From Chlorobiota bacterium (GTDB taxonomy: Bacteria > Bacteroidota > Ignavibacteria > Kapaibacteriales > NICIL-2), in contig JAOAGY010000031.1 in the NCBI GenBank assembly GCA_026415505.1, positions 13,163 through 77,162 of the forward strand: a DNA stretch of 64,000 nucleotides, read 5' to 3'. Positions 8,497 through 18,408 of this stretch are shown here, one piece after another. How positions within the stretch are numbered: position 1 is the stretch's first letter; each line of letters begins with the position of its first letter. The notes under the pieces are model-generated. The model was not told the DNA's origin. It did no database searches and saw only the letters and a program-made list of their open reading frames with translations. The translations under genes were made by a program, and so were the position numbers.

Positions 8497-9617
8497 AGCG
8501 GCGCGTACTGTCGGTCGTCGGCGCACGCCCGAACTTCATGAAGGTCGCTCCGATCGAACGCGCGCTGGGGCGGTACAGCGATCGCATCGAGCATGCGATA
8601 TGCCACACCGGGCAGCACTACGACTACGCGATGAGTCAGGCGTTTTTCGAGGACCTCGATCTGCCCGAGCCGCGATTTTACTTAGGCGTCGGTAGCGGCT
8701 CGCACGCCGAACAAACCGCACGCATCATGCTCGCGTTCGAACCGGTATGCGCCGAGTGGAAGCCCGATCTGGTCGTCGTCGTCGGTGATGTCAATTCGAC
8801 CATCGCGTGCAGTCTCGTCGCGGTCAAGCTCGGAATTCCGACCGCGCACGTCGAAGCAGGGTTGCGGAGCTTCGACCGCACGATGCCCGAAGAAATCAAC
8901 CGCATCGCAACCGATGCGATCTGCGACTGGCACTTCTGTACCGAACAGAGCGGCGTGGACAATCTCCGGCGCGAGGGTGTGCCGGACGATCGCATTTTTT
9001 TCGTCGGCAACACGATGATCGATTCGCTGATGGCTGCGATGCCGCGCGTCGAGCAGTGCACGATTGTCGGCGAGCTGGGACTTCGGCGCCGACAGTACGC
9101 GGTCGTCACGCTTCATCGCCCCAGCAACGTGGACGATCCGGAGCAACTGGCGATGCTGCTCGAAGTGCTCGGCGAACTCTCGCATCGCTTGCCGGTCGTT
9201 TTTCCGATTCATCCGCGCACACGGCAGAACATCGAGCGATTTCAGCTTGCCGGAGTCGTCGAACGCACGCCGCACCTTCGGTTGATCGAACCGCTGCGGT
9301 ACGTTCATTTTGTCGCACTCGTCCGCGATGCCGCACTCGTGCTGACCGATTCCGGCGGCATTCAAGAGGAAACCACCGTGCTCGGTGTGCCGTGCATTAC
9401 ACTGCGGACGACGACCGAACGACCGAGCACGCTCGAATACGGCACGAATGTGCTTGTGCCGCCCGTGCGGGAGCGCATTGCCGCAGCGATCGAGGAAGTG
9501 CTGTGCTCGCCGCCACGCAATCGGCGCATCCCGCCACTGTGGGACGGTCGTGCTGCCGAGCGCATCGCCGAGATCGTCGCTGACCGCATATTCACCCTCG
9601 ATCGGCGCCGCCGGTGA
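8493..9617 (+). CDS. wecB: UDP-N-acetylglucosamine 2-epimerase (non-hydrolysing)
   Basis: MKRRVLSVVGARPNFMKVAPI...HTGQHYD...DSGGIQEE are hallmark WecB/MnaA motifs. ATGA overlap with the upstream gene. Confidence 0.85.
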   Translation: MKRRVLSVVGARPNFMKVAPIERALGRYSDRIEHAICHTGQHYDYAMSQAFFEDLDLPEPRFYLGVGSGSHAEQTARIMLAFEPVCAEWKPDLVVVVGDVNSTIACSLVAVKLGIPTAHVEAGLRSFDRTMPEEINRIATDAICDWHFCTEQSGVDNLRREGVPDDRIFFVGNTMIDSLMAAMPRVEQCTIVGELGLRRRQYAVVTLHRPSNVDDPEQLAMLLEVLGELSHRLPVVFPIHPRTRQNIERFQLAGVVERTPHLRLIEPLRYVHFVALVRDAALVLTDSGGIQEETTVLGVPCITLRTTTERPSTLEYGTNVLVPPVRERIAAAIEEVLCSPPRNRRIPPLWDGRAAERIAEIVADRIFTLDRRRR

Positions 9618-9642
9618 GCCGCGGGTATTTTTGTGTGTTTCG

Positions 9643-11409
9643 ATGGTTGTACTACTGATGCCGATGTGTGTGAGAACAACACTGGCAGTCCTGCTGGCTG
9701 TCGCTATTGTGGCGAGCAGTCGAGCGCAGGTGGCTGGTTTCCCGGCAGGGGACGTTGGCACGCTGCCGCAACAACTGACACGACCGCAACAAGAATCGCC
9801 GCTTCGTGTCGAGCAAACGCCGTCGGACAATGTGGTCGATCCCAAGCAGTATCGCGTCGGCCCGGGCGATGTGTTGGTCATTCAGAAGCTCGATGCGTTG
9901 GCGCAAGAAGACTACGCGGTCATCACGCCCGAAAACACAATCGCGCTGCCGCGAATCGGTATGATTTCTGCCAGTGGTAAGACGCTCGCCGCGCTGCGCG
10001 ATACGATCGTCGCGCTCTACCGTCAACGCACGCCGAACATTCCGGTGTACGCCGGCTTGCGGCGTCCGCGCACGGTGTACGTGACGGTGCAGGGGAACGT
10101 GCTTTTTCCGGGTGTGTATCCTGTGCCTGCTTCGATGCGACTGCTGACGCTGCTGCGGCTGGCGATGCAAGGCACGACGCAGCAACGAACCGAGCCGGAG
10201 GTGCAGCGTGCGGTGCAACGCGCCTTCGGGCAGATTGCCGACCTAACGCGCGACGAACAGTTGCTCTGGCGCGATTACGAGTTCCTGCCGCCGTCGTCGC
10301 TGCGCTCGATTCTGGTGCGCCATAGCGACGGCACAACCGACGTCGTCGATGGCGAGCGTGCATTGCTCGAGCCGGAAAGTGCAGCCAATCTCTACCTACG
10401 CGAAGGCGACGTGGTGTTCGTTCCGCGCGAGCCTGCCGTCGAGCAGCCGCGCATCACGATCCAAGGTGCGGTGGCGCGCCCGCGCACGACGATTTTTCGG
10501 CAGGGCGATCGGCTCTCGTTTTTGCTCAAGCTCGGCGGTGCGCTCTTGCCCGAAAGCGGTACTATCTGGCTCGTGCAAGGTGGAGAACGCATTCCGGTCC
10601 GCGCCGATGCACAGCTCAATTTGCTCTCTGAAGACATGCCGTTGCAACCGGGCGCGGTCGTGCTCGTCGAGCGTGTGCGCCCCGAGCCGACCGAAACCGG
10701 CAGCGTGCGCATCGTCGGAGAAGTGAGGCGACCGGGTGCCTATCCGATCGTGCAGAGAAAAACGCGGTTGCGCGAGGCGATCGAAGAAGCAGGCGGATTT
10801 ACCGAACGTGCGGCATTGCATCTGGCGTACATTCTGCGCCGCCAACCGAACGACCACGCCGAAAGCAGCCTGATACCGCCGAATCCGCAGTTGGAGCGGT
10901 TGCGCCGGTTGCAGTACACCAATCTCGTCATCGAGGATACGCTGCGCTTTTTCATTGACGAGCTGGCGCGGCGTCCGGTCGTTGCGTGCGATTTCCGTGC
11001 ATGCTTCGAGCGCGGCAGCGATGACGACAACGTCGTGCTCGCCGATGGCGATGTGATCGTCGTACCGCCATCGCCCCACACAGTGCTCGTCTATGGGCAG
11101 GTCAACAAAGCTGGCTACGTCGAATACGTTCCCGGCAAGGATGCCGAGTACTACATTGCGCGTGCCGGTGGGCGCACCGAACTCGCCGACCGCGGGCGCG
11201 AGCGCGTCATCAAAGGACGCACCGGCGTTTGGATGCCGATCGATGAAACCGTCGTCGAATCGGGCGATCGTATCTATGTGCCGCATCCGCCGGACGAACC
11301 GATCGGTGCGCAGATTCAGCGGCTCAGTGCGTATATCGGCATCGCCGGTGGTTTGGCCGGGTTGGTCATCTCGATTCTGTCGCTGGTCAACTTTCTCCGG
11401 ACGAGGTAA
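9643..11409 (+). CDS. polysaccharide export protein (Wza-like, with SLBB domains and a C-terminal TM helix)
   Basis: Signal peptide MCVRTTLAVLLAVAIVASSRAQ. PGDVLVI...LPRIG and repeated soluble-ligand-binding beta-grasp-like (SLBB) segments (GDVVFVP, GDVIVVP, GDRIYVP). C-terminal hydrophobic helix. Confidence 0.8.
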   Translation: MVVLLMPMCVRTTLAVLLAVAIVASSRAQVAGFPAGDVGTLPQQLTRPQQESPLRVEQTPSDNVVDPKQYRVGPGDVLVIQKLDALAQEDYAVITPENTIALPRIGMISASGKTLAALRDTIVALYRQRTPNIPVYAGLRRPRTVYVTVQGNVLFPGVYPVPASMRLLTLLRLAMQGTTQQRTEPEVQRAVQRAFGQIADLTRDEQLLWRDYEFLPPSSLRSILVRHSDGTTDVVDGERALLEPESAANLYLREGDVVFVPREPAVEQPRITIQGAVARPRTTIFRQGDRLSFLLKLGGALLPESGTIWLVQGGERIPVRADAQLNLLSEDMPLQPGAVVLVERVRPEPTETGSVRIVGEVRRPGAYPIVQRKTRLREAIEEAGGFTERAALHLAYILRRQPNDHAESSLIPPNPQLERLRRLQYTNLVIEDTLRFFIDELARRPVVACDFRACFERGSDDDNVVLADGDVIVVPPSPHTVLVYGQVNKAGYVEYVPGKDAEYYIARAGGRTELADRGRERVIKGRTGVWMPIDETVVESGDRIYVPHPPDEPIGAQIQRLSAYIGIAGGLAGLVISILSLVNFLRTR

Positions 11410-12872
11410 TGGCCACCGCCGAACCGCTCCATCAACGCACGCTCGAACTGGGACCGACTGCGTCGGCAACCAAACGCGAGCATCCATTGCGGACGAGGCT
11501 GGCGCGAACGAGTCCGGTGCTTTTTCAGCTCGGTGCCGATGTGGTGGCGATCGTGCTGACGGTTGCAGTGTTTTACCTGCTCCGACGCCGCGAAGCGCCG
11601 TTCGTTGTGGGCGGCACCGAATTTTTCTGGAGCGTGCTCGTCGTCGCACTTGCGTATTGGGTGGGCATGTTCTGGCTCGGCGGATTGTACCGCAATTGGC
11701 TCGTGCGGTCGCCGTTCGACGAAGCGTTCGCAGTGTTGAAAGTGGCAGCGGTCGGCGGTACGATCCCCATTGTGGCGATTGTGCTCGATAGCGGTTGGTT
11801 CAGCTTCAAGTTGGTCGTCTATACGCTTCTGTTTGCAGTCTTGGCGATCGCAGCGCGGTACGGCGTGCGCCGCTTGCAGATGCGGTTGCGTTCCGAAGGG
11901 GTGATCGTTTTTCCGACGCTCTTGATCGGCGACGGCGAGGGACTCGGAGAGTTCGTGGCGCAATCGAATCGCCACACGAGCTATGGCTACGCTGTCATCG
12001 GTGCTGTGAGCGACGATGCGACCGCTGTCGCTGACGATGTTCTGGTCGTCGGTACACTCGGCGAGCTTGCCGATGTTCTCGATCGGCTCGCGCCAGCGGT
12101 GTGCATCATGGCGTTTCGCCATGCCGATCACGATCGGTTGCTCGAATACGCGGGCATCGCACACGAGCACGGAGCCAGCGTGATGATCGTGCCGGACCTG
12201 TACCACGTCGTCATGGGGACGGTGCGGGCGTTGTCGCTCTACGGTGTGCCGCTCATCGAAATATCCCCGCACTTGCTCAAGCCGTGGCAAGCGCTCGTCA
12301 AACGCACGCTCGACGTTGTCGTCAGTGCAGCGGTGCTTCTGCTCGGTATGCCGCTGTGGGTTCTGATCGCGGTGGCGATCAAACTCGATTCGCCCGGACC
12401 GGTGCTCTTTACGCAGTGGCGCGTCGGACGGGGCAATCGTCCGTTCAAGCTCTACAAGTTCCGCTCGATGACGCACGGTCGGTGGGACGGCACATGGACA
12501 CAGCTCAACGATCCTCGCGTGACGAGAGTGGGAGCGATCATTCGCCGCTTGTATCTCGACGAAATTCCGCAGTTCTGGAACGTGCTCAAAGGCGACATGA
12601 GCTTGGTCGGACCGCGTCCGGAGCAGGTCGGCTTGGTCGAGCAGTTCGCACAAGCGGTGCCGTACTACACGCGCCGTCACGTCGTTCGACCGGGCATCAC
12701 TGGCTGGTGGCAGGTTCGTCGCGAGCGCCGCGTGTTGCCGGACATGATCCAAGAAATTCGCTCGCGCTTGCAGGACGATTTCTACTACATCGAGAACATG
12801 TCCCTGCGGCTCGATGTCGAGATCATCGTCCGCACGATCGTCGTGATGCTGCGCGGTCACGGAATCGCGTGA
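11409..12872 (+). CDS. undecaprenyl-phosphate hexose-1-phosphate transferase (WbaP/exopolysaccharide sugar transferase family)
   Basis: Full set of bacterial sugar-transferase motifs: KRTLDVVVS, PGPVLFTQWRVGRGNRPFKLYKFRSM, DEIPQFWNVLKGDMSLVGPRP, RPGITGWWQV, and a C-terminal LDVEII tail. 1-nt overlap (TAATG) with the wza-like gene. Confidence 0.85.
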   Translation: MATAEPLHQRTLELGPTASATKREHPLRTRLARTSPVLFQLGADVVAIVLTVAVFYLLRRREAPFVVGGTEFFWSVLVVALAYWVGMFWLGGLYRNWLVRSPFDEAFAVLKVAAVGGTIPIVAIVLDSGWFSFKLVVYTLLFAVLAIAARYGVRRLQMRLRSEGVIVFPTLLIGDGEGLGEFVAQSNRHTSYGYAVIGAVSDDATAVADDVLVVGTLGELADVLDRLAPAVCIMAFRHADHDRLLEYAGIAHEHGASVMIVPDLYHVVMGTVRALSLYGVPLIEISPHLLKPWQALVKRTLDVVVSAAVLLLGMPLWVLIAVAIKLDSPGPVLFTQWRVGRGNRPFKLYKFRSMTHGRWDGTWTQLNDPRVTRVGAIIRRLYLDEIPQFWNVLKGDMSLVGPRPEQVGLVEQFAQAVPYYTRRHVVRPGITGWWQVRRERRVLPDMIQEIRSRLQDDFYYIENMSLRLDVEIIVRTIVVMLRGHGIA

Positions 12873-12890
12873 TACACCGAATCGAATCGC

Positions 12891-13607
12891 ATGCAACGAG
12901 CAATCGTCGTCATTCCCACGTACAACGAGCGCGGCAACATCGCGCGACTCATCGAAGCGGTTCATCGCGTCATGCCGGCGATCGACGTGCTGGTCGTTGA
13001 CGATAACTCGCCCGACGGTACAGCGGACGTCGTGCGCGCAATTGCTGCAGGCGACGCGCGTGTGTCGCTTTTGGAACGTCCCGGCAAGATGGGGCTGGGA
13101 ACGGCGTACTGTCAGGGTTTTGCGTGGGCGCTCGAGCGCGGCTACGAGATCGTTTGTCAGATGGACGCCGATTTTTCGCACAATCCCGAAGACCTTCAGC
13201 GTCTGATCGCCGCACTCGACCGTGCCGACCTTGCGATCGGCTCGCGGTACGTCAGCGGTGTCAACGTCGTCAATTGGCCGATGAGCCGCCTGGTGCTCAG
13301 TTACGCAGCCAATCTCTACACGCGACTGATCACGGGAATGCCGATCAAGGATGCAACGGGCGGATTCAAAGCATTTCGCGCCGATCTCCTCCGTCGCATC
13401 GATCTCGGTGCGATTCACTCGAACGGCTACGCGTTCCAGATCGAGATGAACTTTCGCGCATGGCGATTGGGCGCTCGCATCGAGGAGATCAGCATCGTTT
13501 TCGTTGACCGCACCGATGGCGTCTCGAAGATGAGTCGCTCGATCGTGTACGAAGCAGCATGGATCGTCTGGAAACTCAAACTGCTCGCTCTGGTGGGCAA
13601 GCTGTGA
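12891..13607 (+). CDS. GT2 polyprenyl-phosphate glycosyltransferase (dolichol-P-mannose synthase-like)
   Basis: IVVIPTYNERGNIARLIEAV...VLVVDDNSPDGT...QMDADFSH = Dpm1/ArnC-like GT2. Confidence 0.8.
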   Translation: MQRAIVVIPTYNERGNIARLIEAVHRVMPAIDVLVVDDNSPDGTADVVRAIAAGDARVSLLERPGKMGLGTAYCQGFAWALERGYEIVCQMDADFSHNPEDLQRLIAALDRADLAIGSRYVSGVNVVNWPMSRLVLSYAANLYTRLITGMPIKDATGGFKAFRADLLRRIDLGAIHSNGYAFQIEMNFRAWRLGARIEEISIVFVDRTDGVSKMSRSIVYEAAWIVWKLKLLALVGKL

Positions 13608-15553
13608 TGGAGCCGGTCGAGGTGACGATCGTCATCGTCAGCTACAACGTGCGGCAGTATCTGCGGCAATGCCTCGAATCCATCGAGCGGCTCCGCAAAC
13701 GACATCGCTTGGAAGTCATCGTCGTGGACAACGCATCGCACGATGGCACGGTCGAGCTGCTCCAGCCGCTTTTTCCGTGGGTCGAGTTCATCCCGCTCGG
13801 CGAGAACATCGGGTTCGGACGCGCCAACAACATCGGCATCGAGCGCGCACGCGGACGCTATACGCTCTTGCTCAATCCGGACACGATCGTGGCGGAAAAC
13901 ACCATCGAGGAAATGCTGCGCTACATGGACGCCCATCCGGAAGTCGGCATCTGCGGCTGCAAATTGCTCAACGCCGATGGAACCTTCCAGGAACAGTGCC
14001 GGCGAGGTTTCCCGACGCCATGGGCTGCGTTTTCGAAGCTCTTCGGTCTGCAAGCGTTGTTTCCGCGATCGCCGCTGTTTGCTCGGTACAACCAATCCTT
14101 CCGCGATCCGGACGAGACGTACTACGTGGACGCGGTCATGGGAGCGTTCATGTTCTGCCGCACCGAGCAGCTTCGCGCCATCGGCGGTTTCGATCCGGAC
14201 TACTTCATGTACGGCGAAGATTTGGACCTGTGCTACCGCATGGCGAAAGCGGGCTACCGCACCGCATATGTGCCGACGACGAGCATCGTCCATTTCAAAG
14301 GCGAGAGCACGCGACGCAGTCGCATCAACGACGTGCGTGTGTTTTACGATGCGATGGTGACATTTGCGCGCAAACATTACAGCTCGCAGCGGTGGTTTCT
14401 GCTGCTGTTGCGTGCAGGGATTCGGCTGCGCGAGGCAATCGCCCATCTGGCGCAGTATCGGCAGGGACTGGCGTTGCTGCTCGCCGATCTTGCGATTGCG
14501 AACGCGATGCTGCTGGTGGCGACGACGATTCGATTCGGTCAGCCGTTGGCGTTCCAGTCCTACGCATATCCGACCGTTTTCATTGTGCTCAGTGCCGTCG
14601 TTGCGGTGTGCATGATCGCTGTCGGCGAGTACTTCGAGTACACCTACCGCGTCCGCAATGTCGTCATGGGGTACATGGCGGCGTTTTTCGTGCTGTCCTC
14701 GCTGACGTACTATTGGAAGGAATACGCGTTCAGTCGTGGCGTCGTGCTCATGACGGTGGGGCTGGCGATGGTCGTTTCCGGTGCGGTACGCTTTGCCTTG
14801 AGGTATCGTCAGCGCGGCTATGCCGAGCGCGTGCAGCGACGTGCATTGGTGGTCGGAACAACCGATGCTGCACGACGCATCGTCGAGGCGATGTCGGAAC
14901 ATGCTGCACCGATTGCCGTGGTCGGGATCGTCGCTGTCGAGCCGACCGCCGACGAACGCTTCGCCGGTTATCCGATCGTCGGCTATTGGGACTACATCGA
15001 GCGGCTCGTCGAGCAGCACGCGGTATCGGAAGTCATCGTCACCGATCGGAGCATTCCGCGCAGCGAGGTGATCGCGACGCTGTCGGCACTGGCACCGCGG
15101 CGAGTGCGATTCTTTTTTGCCTACGACGACGTCGAACTTCACGCGCAGCGCATCGTCGCCGATGTCGGGATTCGGCGGCTGGAGCTACCGCCGCTGTTGC
15201 GACTGCGCTATCGGCTGCTCAAGCGCATCGCCGATGTCGTCGTGGCAGCGATCGTGCTCGTGCTCGGTTGGACGGTGGTAATTTTGAAGCGGCGGTCTCT
15301 ACGGTCGTGGCTGGACCGGTGGTGGAGTGTGTTGGTCGGGCGGCGATCGGTCGTCGGATTGTATCCGCGCCAGGTGTCGCACTATGTCGGCATTCGTCCG
15401 GGGCTGTTCAGTTTGCCGATGCTCGTGCCGGAACCGCTCCGCACCGATGCACTCATCGCACGGCTCAACGAGTACTACGTGACCGAATACAGTCCGTCGC
15501 TCGATGTGGAAATTCTCGTTCGCAGTATGTACCGTCGCGCACGTGAGCAATGA
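13607..15553 (+). CDS. chimeric GT2 glycosyltransferase fused to a WbaP-like membrane scaffold with degenerate phosphotransferase core
   Basis: N-terminal GT2 domain ([14 protein letters not shown]...[12 protein letters not shown]...NPDTIV). Multi-TM region. Rossmann-like [13 protein letters not shown] segment and [16 protein letters not shown] anchor with a C-terminal LDVEILVRS tail, collinear with the neighbouring WbaP. The KFRSM / DEIPQ / GPRP / PGITG catalytic motifs are missing or degenerate. Start TGATG overlaps the upstream gene. Confidence 0.7.
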   Translation: MEPVEVTIVIVSYNVRQYLRQCLESIERLRKRHRLEVIVVDNASHDGTVELLQPLFPWVEFIPLGENIGFGRANNIGIERARGRYTLLLNPDTIVAENTIEEMLRYMDAHPEVGICGCKLLNADGTFQEQCRRGFPTPWAAFSKLFGLQALFPRSPLFARYNQSFRDPDETYYVDAVMGAFMFCRTEQLRAIGGFDPDYFMYGEDLDLCYRMAKAGYRTAYVPTTSIVHFKGESTRRSRINDVRVFYDAMVTFARKHYSSQRWFLLLLRAGIRLREAIAHLAQYRQGLALLLADLAIANAMLLVATTIRFGQPLAFQSYAYPTVFIVLSAVVAVCMIAVGEYFEYTYRVRNVVMGYMAAFFVLSSLTYYWKEYAFSRGVVLMTVGLAMVVSGAVRFALRYRQRGYAERVQRRALVVGTTDAARRIVEAMSEHAAPIAVVGIVAVEPTADERFAGYPIVGYWDYIERLVEQHAVSEVIVTDRSIPRSEVIATLSALAPRRVRFFFAYDDVELHAQRIVADVGIRRLELPPLLRLRYRLLKRIADVVVAAIVLVLGWTVVILKRRSLRSWLDRWWSVLVGRRSVVGLYPRQVSHYVGIRPGLFSLPMLVPEPLRTDALIARLNEYYVTEYSPSLDVEILVRSMYRRAREQ

Positions 15554-16512
15554 GTTACGTTCTCGATTTCGAAAAACCGATTCTGGAACTCGAAAAGAAA
15601 GTCGCCGAGATGAAGTCGCTGGCAGGCTCGCTCGATCTCGACGATCAGATCGCCGACCTGGAGCGACGCATCGAGGAACTCCGCAGCGAGATTTATTCGA
15701 AGCTCACGCGGTGGCAGCGTGTGCAGTTGGCGCGTCATCCGGAACGTCCCTACACGCTCGACTACCTGGCGCATTCGTTCGACGAGTTCATCGAGCTTCA
15801 CGGCGACCGATGCTATCGCGACGATCCGGCGATCGTCGGCGGCTTGGCGCGCATTGGCGAGCACAAGGTCGTCGTCGTCGGTCATCAGAAAGGGCGCGAC
15901 ACGAAAACGAACGTTCTGCGCAACTTCGGCATGCCCAATCCCGAAGGCTACCGCAAAGCGCGCCGGCTGTTCGAGCTGGCGGAAAAGTTCGATCGTCCCA
16001 TCGTCACGTTTCTCGACACACCGGGTGCATTTCCCGGCATCGAAGCCGAAGAGCGCGGGCAAGCCGAAGCGATCGCCCGCAATCTGTTCGTCATGGCAAA
16101 GCTGCGCGTGCCGATCGTCGTGGTCATCATCGGCGAAGGAGCCTCGGGCGGTGCGCTCGGTATCGGCGTGGGCGATCGCATCCTGATGCTCGAAAACGCA
16201 TGGTATTCGGTCATCGCACCGGAGTCGTGTTCGTCGATTCTCTGGCGCAGTTGGGACTACAAAGAGCAAGCAGCCGAAGCGCTCCAGTTGTGCGCGCACG
16301 ATTTGCTCCGTCACGGTATCATCGATCGTGTCGTGCCAGAACCGATCGGCGGTGCGCATCGCGATCCGGAGACGATGTTCCGCACGATGCGGCAGGTGCT
16401 CTTGGAGGAACTACCGCCGTTGCGTGCGATCCCGCCGGACGAGTTGGTGCGACGTCGGCACGAAAAATTTGCGCGCATGGGTGTATGGGAAGAAGTGCCC
16501 TCGCAACAATAA
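15550..16512 (+). CDS. accA: acetyl-CoA carboxylase carboxyltransferase alpha subunit
   Basis: [14 protein letters not shown]...RPYTLDY...GHQKGRDTK...TPGAFPG are AccA signatures. ATGA-coupled to the upstream gene. Confidence 0.9.
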   Translation: MSYVLDFEKPILELEKKVAEMKSLAGSLDLDDQIADLERRIEELRSEIYSKLTRWQRVQLARHPERPYTLDYLAHSFDEFIELHGDRCYRDDPAIVGGLARIGEHKVVVVGHQKGRDTKTNVLRNFGMPNPEGYRKARRLFELAEKFDRPIVTFLDTPGAFPGIEAEERGQAEAIARNLFVMAKLRVPIVVVIIGEGASGGALGIGVGDRILMLENAWYSVIAPESCSSILWRSWDYKEQAAEALQLCAHDLLRHGIIDRVVPEPIGGAHRDPETMFRTMRQVLLEELPPLRAIPPDELVRRRHEKFARMGVWEEVPSQQ

Positions 16513-16516
16513 TCGT

Positions 16517-16533
16517 TTGGCACAATCGTTGTT
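16517..16533 (+). promoter_or_regulatory. candidate sigma-54-like -24/-12 element (TGGCAC-N5-TTGT)
   Basis: tTGGCACaatcgTTGTt, 1 nt after the accA stop and about 230 nt upstream of the pseudouridine-synthase gene start. The -12 has GT instead of the conserved GC, so the match is weak. Confidence 0.15.
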
Positions 16534-16761
16534 CTCCGCGAAAGTAGGCGAACACGTGCTCTTACTGTCGAGTGTCCGACGCGAAGTCATATCGCTTCAG
16601 CCGGACCCGAAAGGCAGGGGAATGTCACTGTCGCACCACCGCACGGCGTGCTATGGACTTCCCTGCGACTGCAGCGCGTTCGCAACCGCATTGCCTCAGA
16701 AATGCGTGGGGTTTGCGGAGGGTTTCGTCGAAATGTCGTACCTTTCTGCTTTGGAGGACAG

Positions 16762-17943
16762 ATGGACAACATGCAAGAGTACAGCGAGACGGATATGCCA
16801 GAAAATGGGCATGAACAACCGGAAGAGCGGTCAGCTTACCGTCCGCCGCGTCGCCGTATCGTTCGGTCGGTGTTGAGTGTCAATCCGAATGAACCGCCCG
16901 TACCGCCGGCAGACGATCAGCGCCGGTTCTTTCCACCGGAGCCGCGTCAGCAGTGGCGTCGGTCGCCGTGGGATTACAGGCAGCCGCCAGCAGCGGGGTA
17001 TGAGGAGGAATATCGGGATCGCAGGCGCTCACACTATCAGCGTCACGATCGCCCGTTCCGTCGCGATCGCGGATTCGAACCGCGTCAACGCGGACGTTTT
17101 CGTCGCCGCACCCCGTTCATCGAGCCAGCCGATCGCAACCGGCTGACACCGCGTCCGACGACCGTGGTTCGGGCGTTGGTTCGATTGCTCTACTGCTCGC
17201 GCAAACTCGCAAAGCAGGCAATCAAGGACCATGTCGTTACGGTCAACGATCGCATCGTTCGCGAGCCGACATACACAGTGCGGCTGCTGTACGATACCGT
17301 TCGTGTGGATGGCTTGCTGCTCCACCACACACCGCGCAACATCTACATTGTCCTCAACAAACCCCGCCACTATGCCGGTGCACGCGAACCGAACAGCCGC
17401 CACGTGTTCAACTTCTTGATGAAGAAACGCGATTGGTTCATTCCGCTCGGTCCGCTGCCGAAAAGCGTCGGTGGACTCGTCGTCGTTACCAACGATGCCG
17501 AACAGCGCGTTCCCGGCAAAAGCCTGTTCGACTTGATGGAGAAAGAGTATCACGTCAAGGTCAACAAAGCCCCTGCCAAGCGCACCCTCTCGAAGGTGCT
17601 CGCCGAATTGCAGGCATTGGGGACAGCCGACGAAAGCGCCGCACAAGTCGAGTTGATGCGAAAGACCAAACGCTATGCGTGGCTCTCGATCGTAACGGTC
17701 AGCGCGAGCGCTCGTGATCTTTACCGCATCCTCAAGAACGCCGGCATAGAGGTCATCGCGATGGATCGGTACCGCATCGGGATGATCACGCTCGACGGTA
17801 TCAGCCCCGGTTCATGGCGACGTCTGTCGCAAGTCGAGCTGACAAAAATTTTCCCCCAATCGGTACCTGCTTCGACCATCGAGCCATTGGTCGAGGATAC
17901 AACGTGGCAAGCATTGTATCAACGTTGGTACAAGTCCACGTAG
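16762..17943 (+). CDS. RluB/RsuA-family pseudouridine synthase with ~130-aa Arg/Pro-rich N-terminal extension
   Basis: S4 domain (VRALVRLLYCSRKLAKQAIKDHVVTVNDRIV). PseudoU synthase core (IYIVLNKP, LGPLPKSVGGLVVVTNDA). GGAGGA Shine-Dalgarno-like sequence 3 nt upstream of the ATG at 16762. The N-terminal 130 aa are R/P/E-rich and look disordered. Confidence 0.75.
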   Translation: MDNMQEYSETDMPENGHEQPEERSAYRPPRRRIVRSVLSVNPNEPPVPPADDQRRFFPPEPRQQWRRSPWDYRQPPAAGYEEEYRDRRRSHYQRHDRPFRRDRGFEPRQRGRFRRRTPFIEPADRNRLTPRPTTVVRALVRLLYCSRKLAKQAIKDHVVTVNDRIVREPTYTVRLLYDTVRVDGLLLHHTPRNIYIVLNKPRHYAGAREPNSRHVFNFLMKKRDWFIPLGPLPKSVGGLVVVTNDAEQRVPGKSLFDLMEKEYHVKVNKAPAKRTLSKVLAELQALGTADESAAQVELMRKTKRYAWLSIVTVSASARDLYRILKNAGIEVIAMDRYRIGMITLDGISPGSWRRLSQVELTKIFPQSVPASTIEPLVEDTTWQALYQRWYKST

Positions 17944-18371
17944 CGCGGCTCGCTGCCGATGGGTGGCAACATTTGCTCCTTCGCCGCCGTGACGACGACC
18001 AGCAGTATCCTGGACTGTGGCAGTGTATCACGGGTACTGTGTGCGATGGCGAAACCATGCTTGCTGCGGCACATCGAGAGCTGAGCGAGGAAGTTCGTCT
18101 CAATGTTCTTCAGTGGTGGGCGTTGCCGGTGATAGGGATGTTCTACGATCGTGCACGCGATGCGCTGGAGATTCCTGTTGCCTTCGGTGCAGTTGTGTCG
18201 AGCGATGCAGAACCGACGTTGAGCGAACACGCCGAGCATCGCTGGCTCGCGCTCGATGCTGCCTTCGCTACACTCGTCGTTCCTGCTCATAGAGAGGGAA
18301 CACGCATGTTCGAGCATGTCCTCACCGATTCTCGTCGCGAGGACTACGAAAGGCTTTATCGTCTGAGCTAA
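17928..18371 (+). CDS. NUDIX hydrolase (start codon unresolved)
   Basis: Nudix box GETMLAAAHRELSEEV present. The family-typical N-terminus lies inside the 3' end of the upstream gene. No canonical in-frame ATG/GTG was found near the expected start, so coordinates are approximate. Confidence 0.5.
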   Translation, partial: VQVHVARLAADGWQHLLLRRRDDDQQYPGLWQCITGTVCDGETMLAAAHRELSEEVRLNVLQWWALPVIGMFYDRARDALEIPVAFGAVVSSDAEPTLSEHAEHRWLALDAAFATLVVPAHREGTRMFEHVLTDSRREDYERLYRLS

Positions 18372-18408
18372 AATAATCGTCGTATATTCGCAGCCCGCAT
18401 CCAGCAAG

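Noticed and set aside
17055-17085. Perfect tRNA-like T-arm (CGCGG-TTCGAAT-CCGCG) on the minus strand, from the palindrome cgcggattcgaaccgcg.
   Set aside because: No matching acceptor stem, D-arm or anticodon arm could be built. The palindrome lies inside the confidently coding Arg-rich region of the pseudouridine-synthase gene.
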